A DNA stretch of 63,843 nucleotides, counting the filler, from Deltaproteobacteria bacterium (lineage in GTDB: Bacteria; JAEEML01), in NCBI GenBank assembly GCA_016283195.1. It is 4 parts of 4 records of this genome, joined end to end, with 100 filler letters (N's around TTAATTAATTAA, not from the genome) between each part and the next. Parts side by side here need not be neighbours in the genome. Positions count along the whole stretch, not along the records: positions 37,275 to 53,333 come from JAEEML010000062.1; positions 53,434 to 63,843 come from JAEEML010000006.1; 2 more parts are not named here. The stretch is one strand, 5' to 3'. This document shows positions 48,048 through 56,207 of this stretch, piece after piece; the first letter of the stretch is position 1, and each line of letters starts with the position of its first letter. The notes beneath the pieces are model-generated. The model did no database searches and was not told where the DNA came from. It saw nothing but the letters and a program-made list of their open reading frames with translations. The translations under genes were made by a program, and so were the position numbers.

Positions 48048-49751
48048 TTAATGTTTGCGTTCGCCCGGTATCTGAGCGCCTTTGTCTCTTACGCAACGTA
48101 CAGAATAGGCGTTTATTTTGTCGAGATGTTTCACACTGGTGCACCACACGTCAGCCGATTTTTCTTGACATGCCCGTAAATTCAAGATGTACGCATGGTG
48201 CCGAGAGTGCTCTGTACTGGACCAGAAATAGGCATCATAGCGCCCGAAATCATCGGAAAAACGGCGGCGCCAATACATACCGGCTGGTAAGGCGGAAAAG
48301 CCATAAGTATCTTTACCATTAAAAAAGCTCTTAGCTCTTAAATTAGCACTAGCAATTCTGCGGCTTTTAACAGCGCCATCGGCACTGGCATATTCCAGCA
48401 GGTCTTCAAACTCCTCCTTGGTTGGCAGGTGAAAGCCCGGTGGGCAAGCTTTTTTGGCCTTTTTCCATTCGTAAAGATAACCCCAAACAGCTTCAATATT
48501 CTTATCGTCATTAGGCCAATAATGCTTTATACCGGCATAGCGCAGATTTTCGGCAAACCAAAGTTTATTATCTATTTCTACTACTTTGTATTCTTTGCCA
48601 TCACGTGGGTCGGTAAAAATTTGGCTGTCTGCCGGCTTATTTACAGCATCGGCTGAGTCCTTTATACAGCGAACAGATAAATATCTATCGATTTTTCCAT
48701 AAGATACTAGCGCTTTGTTAATATCCACATAGAGGCCGTAAGCAATTATTTTATTTCGCTCCGTACTGGACCAGAAATAGGCCTCCGTATTCCAAAATGA
48801 GCAGCCGCTTTTTTCGCATTTACCGGCCGGGAGGGCGCCAAAACCGGATAAATTTTTACCCTTAGCCCAATTTTTGTGGCGCAAATTTTCAGAATCTGCT
48901 CCTTCGGTATAAACATTGGCCAAAAGGCGGTCAAATTCTATTTTGCTGGGCAAGTGGAAGCCGGCCGGGCACACTTTTTGTGCATCGGCGAATGTATATA
49001 AATATCCATATTCACCAGGCTTTTCAGATGCTTTATAATCTATATTCTTGGAAATATAGCGCATATTTTCAGCCATCCAGATTTGCTCATTAATCTTTAT
49101 TGTTTTATATTTATGACCATCACGCTGATCTATAAAGGTATTCAGTGCGTGACCATCTTCCAAGTCCATTACACAACGCACGGAAAGAAAATCTTCCTGG
49201 CTGTTACAGCTCTTTGCCGAAACACTATTTTGAGATATCACCATAGAGTATGCACCATTACTCCCCTCCTGAGTGCACTCTGTAACCGACCAAAAGTAGG
49301 CGTAAGAGCCCAAAGGGATACAGCTTTCGGACTTATGAGCCCCAACCGGCAGCGCAGAAAAGCCATAAGTATTTTTGCCATCCTGCCAACTAGCGGCGCG
49401 CAAATTATCTGACCCTTCCTGCCCGTTACCGATATGCCCTAAGAGGCGGTCAAATTCCACTTTGCTGGGCAAATGGAAGCCGGCCGGGCACACTTTTTGC
49501 GCATCAATCCAACTGTAAAGGCAACCATAATTCTTCACAGAATCGCCATGTTTAGCATCCGAGTGACAAACTATTTCCTCAGCAACGTATTTTACATTTT
49601 CGGCCAGCCAGGTTTCGCGGCCGATTTTAACTACCTTATAAACATTGCCATCGCGCTCATCGGTGAATGAGTCGTATTCTTCTGCCAAGGCGGTAGAGGC
49701 CATAAAAAAGGCCATGACAAAAAACACATTTTTTAAATGCCTACCATACAT
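48048..49751 (-). CDS. Secreted triple-FISUMP-domain protein (paralog B)
   Basis: Different signal peptide; domains 1-2 are highly similar to paralog A; domain 3 diverges after LPAG. Confidence 0.9.
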   Translation of the reverse strand: MYGRHLKNVFFVMAFFMASTALAEEYDSFTDERDGNVYKVVKIGRETWLAENVKYVAEEIVCHSDAKHGDSVKNYGCLYSWIDAQKVCPAGFHLPSKVEFDRLLGHIGNGQEGSDNLRAASWQDGKNTYGFSALPVGAHKSESCIPLGSYAYFWSVTECTQEGSNGAYSMVISQNSVSAKSCNSQEDFLSVRCVMDLEDGHALNTFIDQRDGHKYKTIKINEQIWMAENMRYISKNIDYKASEKPGEYGYLYTFADAQKVCPAGFHLPSKIEFDRLLANVYTEGADSENLRHKNWAKGKNLSGFGALPAGKCEKSGCSFWNTEAYFWSSTERNKIIAYGLYVDINKALVSYGKIDRYLSVRCIKDSADAVNKPADSQIFTDPRDGKEYKVVEIDNKLWFAENLRYAGIKHYWPNDDKNIEAVWGYLYEWKKAKKACPPGFHLPTKEEFEDLLEYASADGAVKSRRIASANLRAKSFFNGKDTYGFSALPAGMYWRRRFSDDFGRYDAYFWSSTEHSRHHAYILNLRACQEKSADVWCTSVKHLDKINAYSVRCVRDKGAQIPGERKH

Positions 49752-49759
49752 ATAAACCT

Positions 49760-49807
49760 CTAAAAGCGCCGAAAATTTTCGTTAACCAGATGCAGATAAA
49801 TACCCAT
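49760..49807 (-). pseudogene. Possible 5' remnant of an AAA-ATPase-like (PD-(D/E)XK-fused) gene
   Basis: RBS GGAGG plus MGIYLHLVNENFRRF*, which resembles the MGIYLNPGNExF start I recall for that family. Confidence 0.3.
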
Positions 49808-49833
49808 GAATACCTCCAGCCTGAGAGTGCGGG

Positions 49834-50982
49834 TTAATCTTTGATGCAACGTACAGAGAGCCAGTATTTCTTCTTCGCATCATCATGCGTATAGGCCTCC
49901 CTATGGTATTTGAATATGTTTTTGTCGTCCCTATACACTCTAATCGTGAAGGAAAATGCAGTATTTGCTGCAGCACTATATGACATACTGGACCAGAAGA
50001 GGGCATTAAAGCCGAACCCATCGTATCTGCTTCTTCTCCCCCATTTTTTACCGGCTGGTAAGGCCCCAAAGCCATAAGTGTCTTTGCCATTAAGAAAGCT
50101 GCTGGATCTTAAATTATCACTGGCTTTTTCATTAAAGCCACTTTTATGACCGTCACCGGCATATTTCAGCAAGTCATTAAACTCCTCCCTGGTTGGCAGG
50201 TGAAAGCCGGGCGGGCAAGCTGTCATGGCATCTTCCCATTTATAGAGGTAGCCATAAGCAGCATCGATATTCTTATCGCCATTAGGCCATCTATGCTTTA
50301 CACCAGCGTAGCGCAGATTTTCGGCAAACCAAATCTTGTTATTTATTTTTACCGTTTTGTATTCCTTTCCATCGCGCGGATCGGTAAAAATTTGGCTGTC
50401 AGTCGGCTGCTTTTCGGCTGATTCCTCTATACAGCGAACAGATAAATAGCTGGCACTGTTTCCATAAGATACCAGCGCTTTGTTAATATCCACATAGAGG
50501 CCATAAGCAGTTATTTTATTGCGAGCCGTACCGGACCAAAAATAGGCCTCAGCATCCAAAAATGAGCAGCCGCTTTTTTCGCATTTACCGGCCGGGAGGG
50601 CGCCAAAACCGGATAAATTTCTGCCTTTTGCCCAGGTTTTATGGCGCAAATTTTCAGATTCTGTGCCTCTGGTATAGGCTGTGGTGAGGAGACGGTCAAA
50701 TTCCACTTTTGTGGGCAGGCGAAAGCCAGCCGGGCACACTTTTTGCGCAGCGGCAAAACTATATAAATAGCCATATTCATGTGGCTTTTGGGACTCTTTG
50801 TAATCTATGTCATTATTAGTGTAGCGCATATTTTCGGCCAGCCAGGTTTCGCGGCCGATTTTAACTACTTTATAAACATTGCCATCGCGCTCATCAGTGA
50901 ATGCGTCGTATTCCCCTGCTGAGATAGCGGTTGTAATTAAGGTTATTATACAAAAAGTCACCGTTTTGATTAAATTATTCAT
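49834..50982 (-). CDS. Secreted double-FISUMP-domain protein (paralog C)
   Basis: Signal peptide like paralog A; first domain is a domain-1/domain-2 hybrid. Probable start ATG 50982. Confidence 0.9.
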   Translation of the reverse strand: MNNLIKTVTFCIITLITTAISAGEYDAFTDERDGNVYKVVKIGRETWLAENMRYTNNDIDYKESQKPHEYGYLYSFAAAQKVCPAGFRLPTKVEFDRLLTTAYTRGTESENLRHKTWAKGRNLSGFGALPAGKCEKSGCSFLDAEAYFWSGTARNKITAYGLYVDINKALVSYGNSASYLSVRCIEESAEKQPTDSQIFTDPRDGKEYKTVKINNKIWFAENLRYAGVKHRWPNGDKNIDAAYGYLYKWEDAMTACPPGFHLPTREEFNDLLKYAGDGHKSGFNEKASDNLRSSSFLNGKDTYGFGALPAGKKWGRRSRYDGFGFNALFWSSMSYSAAANTAFSFTIRVYRDDKNIFKYHREAYTHDDAKKKYWLSVRCIKD

Positions 50983-51015
50983 TACCTGCCTCAAGTCCTA
51001 GTACCTTAAACCTCA

Positions 51016-51060
51016 GGCTTTTTACCAGGCCGAAGCACTGAAAAACCAGGGTGGGGGTAA
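51016..51060 (+). repeat. Right direct repeat (diverged copy of prfA 3' end)
   Basis: ggctttttaccaggccgaagcactgaaaaaccagggtgggggtaa: 3 substitutions and 1 deletion relative to 46160-46205. Confidence 0.85.
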
Positions 51061-51072
51061 GATTTTACGCCG

Positions 51073-51882
51073 CTACTTGCTCAAAAATTCCAATACCCGC
51101 TGATTAAAATCCGGCGCCTCTTCATAAACACTGTGGCCATAATTTTCATACATGTAAAGCTTACTGCCCCTGATGCCGGCGGCCAGCTCCCGCGAGGCCC
51201 CTCCTCCCACAATTTTATCCTCTTCGCCGCCGATAACCAGGGTCGGCGCGCTAATAGCGGCCAGCTTTTCCGTGGCATCGTGAGCCAAAATAGCCTCTGC
51301 CTGGGTGATAAAGCGCTGGAAACTCTTGGGCTTTCCCATCAGCTTCATAAAGGGATATAACCAGCGGTTTTTCTTCAAATATTTTTCAGTATATGTCTTT
51401 TCGGCCGTGTCTATGACCAGCGATTTATAATCGCCTTCCCTGGCCCATTTGAGCCATTTGCCAACCACAGCCCGGCACTCAGCGCCCGGGCACGGCGCAG
51501 TAACCACTAAAAGCAGTTTTTCCACCATATCCGGGGCCATGGCCGCTATATGCTCACTAATCATGCCGCCCATGGAGACGCCCATAAGAGCGGTGCGTTT
51601 AATTCCCAATTCTTTAAGAGCCGCTATGGTATCACTAGCCATCTCGGCCGTGCTGTAACTTGTGGGGAGCTCATTTACGCGGCTAAAGAGATGCACGCGA
51701 TATTCCTTATTAAAGAGGCGATACGTAAAGGCGAGCGGAAGAGCTGCGGCATCAACCGTCTTTAAGGCATCACCAAGCCCGGGAATAATGACAAGCGGCT
51801 TTTTACCGTGGCCAAAAGCCACATAATTCATTGTTTTGCCGCTGGCGATTTTAAGTTTTTTATTTTGCAGAGCGTAAAACAT
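51073..51882 (-). CDS. Alpha/beta fold hydrolase
   Basis: IIPGLGD, GVSMGG, PTLVIGGEEDKIV, YGHSVYEE. Probable start ATG 51882. Confidence 0.85.
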   Translation of the reverse strand: MFYALQNKKLKIASGKTMNYVAFGHGKKPLVIIPGLGDALKTVDAAALPLAFTYRLFNKEYRVHLFSRVNELPTSYSTAEMASDTIAALKELGIKRTALMGVSMGGMISEHIAAMAPDMVEKLLLVVTAPCPGAECRAVVGKWLKWAREGDYKSLVIDTAEKTYTEKYLKKNRWLYPFMKLMGKPKSFQRFITQAEAILAHDATEKLAAISAPTLVIGGEEDKIVGGGASRELAAGIRGSKLYMYENYGHSVYEEAPDFNQRVLEFLSK

Positions 51883-52017
51883 TTTTCCTCCGCCCCAGTC
51901 CGGCACTAATTTTAAATACTTTATGAGCCCAAGCAACGGCAATACTTATTTTTTCTCTATTGACAAGTTAAATAGCCTCGTTAGAGTTACTTTGCCTTTA
52001 AGGCCCGGGAGGTTACC

Positions 52018-52314
52018 ATGTTTGGTTTTTATGATGAAGATAGCGAAAGCGAATATACCGAAGACATTTCTAAGCTCGATAAAGAGAGCGATCTCTATCA
52101 GCGGGTAAAAAAAGTCATCGACGACGAAATAGCCCCGGCTCTGGCTGCCGATGGCGGCAGCGTCGATCTTTTGGGCATGGATGGCACCACGGCCGTTGTC
52201 CACCTTTTAGGCGCCTGCGCCCACTGCCCCTCTGCCACCATCACTTTGCAATATGGTGTGCAAAGTATGCTGGAAGAAGCCATTCCGGAAATCACCGCCG
52301 TAAGAAGAGCTTAA
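52018..52314 (+). CDS. NifU C-terminal (Nfu) domain protein
   Basis: IAPALAADGG, LLGACAHCPSATITLQYGV. TTGACA-16-TAGAGT at 51960-51987. Confidence 0.9.
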   Translation: MFGFYDEDSESEYTEDISKLDKESDLYQRVKKVIDDEIAPALAADGGSVDLLGMDGTTAVVHLLGACAHCPSATITLQYGVQSMLEEAIPEITAVRRA

Positions 52315-52462
52315 CCGCCCTCCCCCTTTGCCACCAAGAGATAACATTTTACATTCATAAAAATAATTTTTTTTCACCTTGGGGCTTGCGCTCCCTAAAA
52401 AGCGCCCTATCTTCTCCTCCGTGGCAGGAAAGAGGCTGCCCAAATATTGTTGGAGGAATAGA

Positions 52463-52750
52463 ATGAACATCAGACCACTTAGCGATCGCCTCATTGTTAA
52501 ACGCATCGACGAAGAAACCACTACCAAAGGCGGCATCATCATCCCCGATACCGCTAAAGAAAAACCCTTAAAAGGTAATGTTGTGGCCGTGGGCCCCGGC
52601 AAACGGAGCGACGACGGCAAAGTTATCGCCATGTGCGTAAAAGAGGGCGATAATGTGCTCTTTGGCAAATATGCCGGCACCGAAATCAAAATCGACGGCG
52701 CCGATTACCTCATCATGCGCGAAGACGACATCTTGGGTATTATCGAATAA
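52463..52750 (+). CDS. groES: Co-chaperonin GroES
   Basis: [43 protein letters not shown]. Confidence 0.97.
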   Translation: MNIRPLSDRLIVKRIDEETTTKGGIIIPDTAKEKPLKGNVVAVGPGKRSDDGKVIAMCVKEGDNVLFGKYAGTEIKIDGADYLIMREDDILGIIE

Positions 52751-52775
52751 TTATAGCAGGTTAATCTTTTAATAA

Positions 52776-53333
<558 letters not shown>

Positions 53334-53433
53334 NNNNNNNNNNNNNNNNNNNNNNNNNNNNNNNNNNNNNNNNNNNNTTAATTAATTAANNNNNNNNNNN
53401 NNNNNNNNNNNNNNNNNNNNNNNNNNNNNNNNN
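53334..53433. other. Artificial contig linker
   Basis: N-run with TTAATTAATTAA. Confidence 0.97.
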
Positions 53434-53435
53434 AA

Positions 53436-53744
53436 GATGATTTTGAAGAGTTATTAAATATCGTAGATCTAGCCAAAACCAGTACTTCAGAGGCCCAGGC
53501 TCTTACAGCCACAAGCACAGATTGGACCAATTATAGTGAGCAAGGTGGTGATGATTTTGGCTTTGGCGCCCTGCCCGCCGGCTACTACAGCTCCGGGAGC
53601 TACAGCGGTTTCGGGTCGCTCGCCTACTTCTGGTCCAGTACGCAGTACGATAATTTCTATGCCTACAGCCTGCATGTAAACCTTGCGTACTTGTACTACT
53701 ACAGTAAGACGAACGCCCTCTCGGTGCGCTGCATTAGGAACTAG
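53436..53744 (+). CDS. 3' end of a FISUMP-domain gene (5' lost in gap); candidate DGR target
   Basis: Not in the ORF track. DDFEELLNIV...DDFGFGALPAGYYSSGSYSGFGSLAYFWSSTQYDNFYAYSLHVNLAYLYYYSKTNALSVRCIRN*. Confidence 0.88.
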   Translation, partial: DDFEELLNIVDLAKTSTSEAQALTATSTDWTNYSEQGGDDFGFGALPAGYYSSGSYSGFGSLAYFWSSTQYDNFYAYSLHVNLAYLYYYSKTNALSVRCIRN

Positions 53745-53745
53745 A

Positions 53746-53870
53746 CCTCACCCCTGGCCACCTCTCCCCATTTTTACAAATGCGGCGAGGGGGAATTATT
53801 GGAAAATACATGATAATTTACCCTCTCTACCGCTAAGGTGGAGCGGGTGGCACGTAAGCGCCGGGTGAGG
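53746..53870. repeat. REPIN/MITE-like element of about 125 bp (copy 3)
   Basis: Terminal inverted repeat CCTCACCC (53746)/GGGTGAGG (53863), with two inverted ccacc-ctctcc-type hairpin units inside. Confidence 0.65.
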
Positions 53871-53871
53871 A

Positions 53872-54010
53872 AGCACCCAGCTGGAAGAAGCCAGTGAAAA
53901 GAAGCGTAAGGAGATTATTCCGGTCATCACTCTGGTGATCTATTTTGGCACTATGACAAAGATTATAAAGCGTTAGCAGAAACTCTAAGCCATGTTCGCG
54001 GTGCAGTAAA
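53872..54010 (+). pseudogene. Possible remnant of an Rpn-family nuclease/putative transposase
   Basis: Reads QLEEASEKKRKEIIPVITLVIYFGT. PVITLVxYxG is typical of Rpn/PD-(D/E)XK proteins. No start codon and an early stop. Confidence 0.35.
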
Positions 54011-54026
54011 AAACTGGGCTTATTGT

Positions 54027-55478
54027 TTACCTAAAAACCCCGGCGGCGGGAGCCGGCATTTCAATGTGCAAAAAAGCACGGTGAAAAGAAGATAACATGG
54101 CTAGCGCTTCCTCTTTAGACATATTTCCGCTTATTTGCAAAAGCCAGGGAATACCCATGAGGCGATTTATGCCCGGCGGCGAATCGAGCCAGCCAAAGGG
54201 GTGCTCCGGCGCCACAAAAAGATGCCCCTCTTTTATGGCTTTTAACCCCTGCCACATCGGCTCAGAGCGCAGCTTTTCATAAAGAGCGTAATCATTGGTA
54301 ACAATATAGTCAGGCTGAATATTAAGTAGCTCTTCAAAGGAGATACGCACCAAACCGTGCTGAGTGGAACGAGGGATGGCATTTTTAAAACCCAGGAGGC
54401 GAAGAAGCGCCGCATGGATGGCCCCATCACCGGCACTCTCCAGCCCATCGCTCCCTTTGGCCAAATAAAAGACCGGCGGCCGCCCCTTGGCGCCAAAGGT
54501 TTCACGGAGGGCGGCCGCCCTGCTGAGTAACATTTGCGCCTGCTCTATTTGGCTCTCTGCCGCCGCTTCCCTGCCTAGAATCTGGGCCAAAAGAGCCAGT
54601 GTTTCCGGCGCTTTTTCCAAAGAGCCGTCCAGGAGCAGATATGGCAGGCCGGTCTGGGCCTGCACTCTATCGGCTAGGGATATATATGTGGGCCCGATAT
54701 CGCCATAATCAATGACAAGATCCACTCCATAGCGCAGGAACTGCTCATAACTGGCGGTGCCGCCGCGCCCCGAGAGCCGGCCGATAACCGGCAAGCCGCG
54801 CACATTTTCCGGTAAAAGTGCCAAAGATTCCGGCGCGAGTTTAGTGGACCAGCCGGCCATCTTTTCCGGCGCTATGGCATAGAGAAGCGCGGCGGCAACC
54901 GGCCCGGCCGCCGCAATTTTGCGGATATTAACCGAGACTGCCACGTTGCGTCCAGCGGAGTCGATTACTTGTCGCGTATTGGCCGCGCCTAAAAAAGGCG
55001 GCCGGGCCTCGCCGGCACTCGCCACCGCCGCCGCCATGGGGTGGCCCGCAGGCGGCGCTGCCCCCTGCCCCTCTTTAGCAGAACAAGCTGTAAGGGGCAG
55101 CACCGCCAAAATGAGCAACATAAGCAATGCTTTGGACTTTTGCACAATATTCCAAAAGAGGGCGGCTTCACGGTCGGTGGCCTGCTGCACTTTGGCGTAA
55201 AATTTCCGAAATTCTTCCAAAAAGAGCAGGCCGGCCGGGGTGAGTTCCGCTCCCCCGCGCGCTGCCCCACCCTTGGTGCGGGCCACCACCTGATAACCGA
55301 GATTATCTTCCAAATTCTTTAGCAATTTCAGTGCCTTGGGGTATGATAGTTCCATGGCGGCGGCGGCAGCTCTCACCGAGCCATAACTTTGGATATTCTC
55401 CAAAAGCCAGATAGAGCCGATTCCGCCAAAAGCGGCACCATTATCATCTTTGAGTTTAATTCTGATTTCACACTGCAC
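54027..55478 (-). CDS. ModE-type winged HTH fused via a lipoprotein-like signal to a class III ABC substrate-binding domain
   Basis: N-terminal GSIWLLENIQSYGSVRAAAAAMELSYPKA..RTKGGAARGGAELTPAG; then KSKALLMLLILAVLPLTAC; then VIDSAGRNV..AGPVA..PFGWLDSPPGINRLMG. Confidence 0.82.
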   Translation of the reverse strand: MQCEIRIKLKDDNGAAFGGIGSIWLLENIQSYGSVRAAAAAMELSYPKALKLLKNLEDNLGYQVVARTKGGAARGGAELTPAGLLFLEEFRKFYAKVQQATDREAALFWNIVQKSKALLMLLILAVLPLTACSAKEGQGAAPPAGHPMAAAVASAGEARPPFLGAANTRQVIDSAGRNVAVSVNIRKIAAAGPVAAALLYAIAPEKMAGWSTKLAPESLALLPENVRGLPVIGRLSGRGGTASYEQFLRYGVDLVIDYGDIGPTYISLADRVQAQTGLPYLLLDGSLEKAPETLALLAQILGREAAAESQIEQAQMLLSRAAALRETFGAKGRPPVFYLAKGSDGLESAGDGAIHAALLRLLGFKNAIPRSTQHGLVRISFEELLNIQPDYIVTNDYALYEKLRSEPMWQGLKAIKEGHLFVAPEHPFGWLDSPPGINRLMGIPWLLQISGNMSKEEALAMLSSFHRAFLHIEMPAPAAGVFR

Positions 55479-55521
55479 GAAACACCAACTGCTCGCTACA
55501 GGGAAAAATTAACATCTTGCC

Positions 55522-56190
55522 TCAGTTATCTGTAGCGGCATCAACAAGTTCTACCACACCATACGTGGTGGCATCATATTTTTCCATCATTTTTGCGCGC
55601 AGTTGATTGAGACTGGCCAAATCTTTGCCCATATTGGCCGGAACTTCGCTATCACCCGCCAAATCATAATCGACAATCAGCACTTTGCCTTCCATTTTTG
55701 GATAAAGCGGATCTTTACTGCCACCATTACCGACATAAACATAGCCCTTTTGGGAAAGCCATTTAAATTCAGGGAGTTTAGTGGCATCATTTTTTAATTT
55801 GGTGCGGTAAGCATCATAGCCATCGCGGCAGACAAAAGTCACCGGATTTTTATCATCGGCAGTAACTTTGGCCTTCGCAAAAATTTTATCAAAACGCACG
55901 CCGCGCCGCTTCACCACCTGAAATTCGCCGGCATCGTTTTTCTCGCCGCCGTTCATCTCTTCAACGGCGAGGCCGTTTAAATCTACTTCTACCTTGGTGC
56001 CATCCAGCTTTTTAATGGTGACAATGCTGTACTCAAGATCGGCCACATTGCCGCTCATGCCGGTGTGTTCGCCGGCCTTTTGCTCATTGTTATTTTGGGG
56101 TTTTTCTTCCTCTTCATTGCCGCAGGCGGCAAAAGAGAGAGCCAGCACGGGAAAAAGTACAAGAGCCAGATTTTTTACCAATTTGCGCAT
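55522..56190 (-). CDS. Lipoprotein, possibly with a molybdopterin-oxidoreductase-like fold
   Basis: RBS AGGAGG, lipobox FAAC; GVRFDKIF...VTFVCRDGY resembles the GV-L-L..V-F-A-DGY pattern. Confidence 0.65.
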   Translation of the reverse strand: MRKLVKNLALVLFPVLALSFAACGNEEEEKPQNNNEQKAGEHTGMSGNVADLEYSIVTIKKLDGTKVEVDLNGLAVEEMNGGEKNDAGEFQVVKRRGVRFDKIFAKAKVTADDKNPVTFVCRDGYDAYRTKLKNDATKLPEFKWLSQKGYVYVGNGGSKDPLYPKMEGKVLIVDYDLAGDSEVPANMGKDLASLNQLRAKMMEKYDATTYGVVELVDAATDN

Positions 56191-56207
56191 GTTTTTCCTC
56201 CTTTTAT

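Noticed and set aside
52385-52441. CIRCE operator or heat-shock promoter upstream of groES
   Set aside because: The GGCAG-N8-CTGCC repeat does not fit TTAGCACTC-N9-GAGTGCTAA. CTTGCG-N14-CCCTAT is only weakly sigma32-like.
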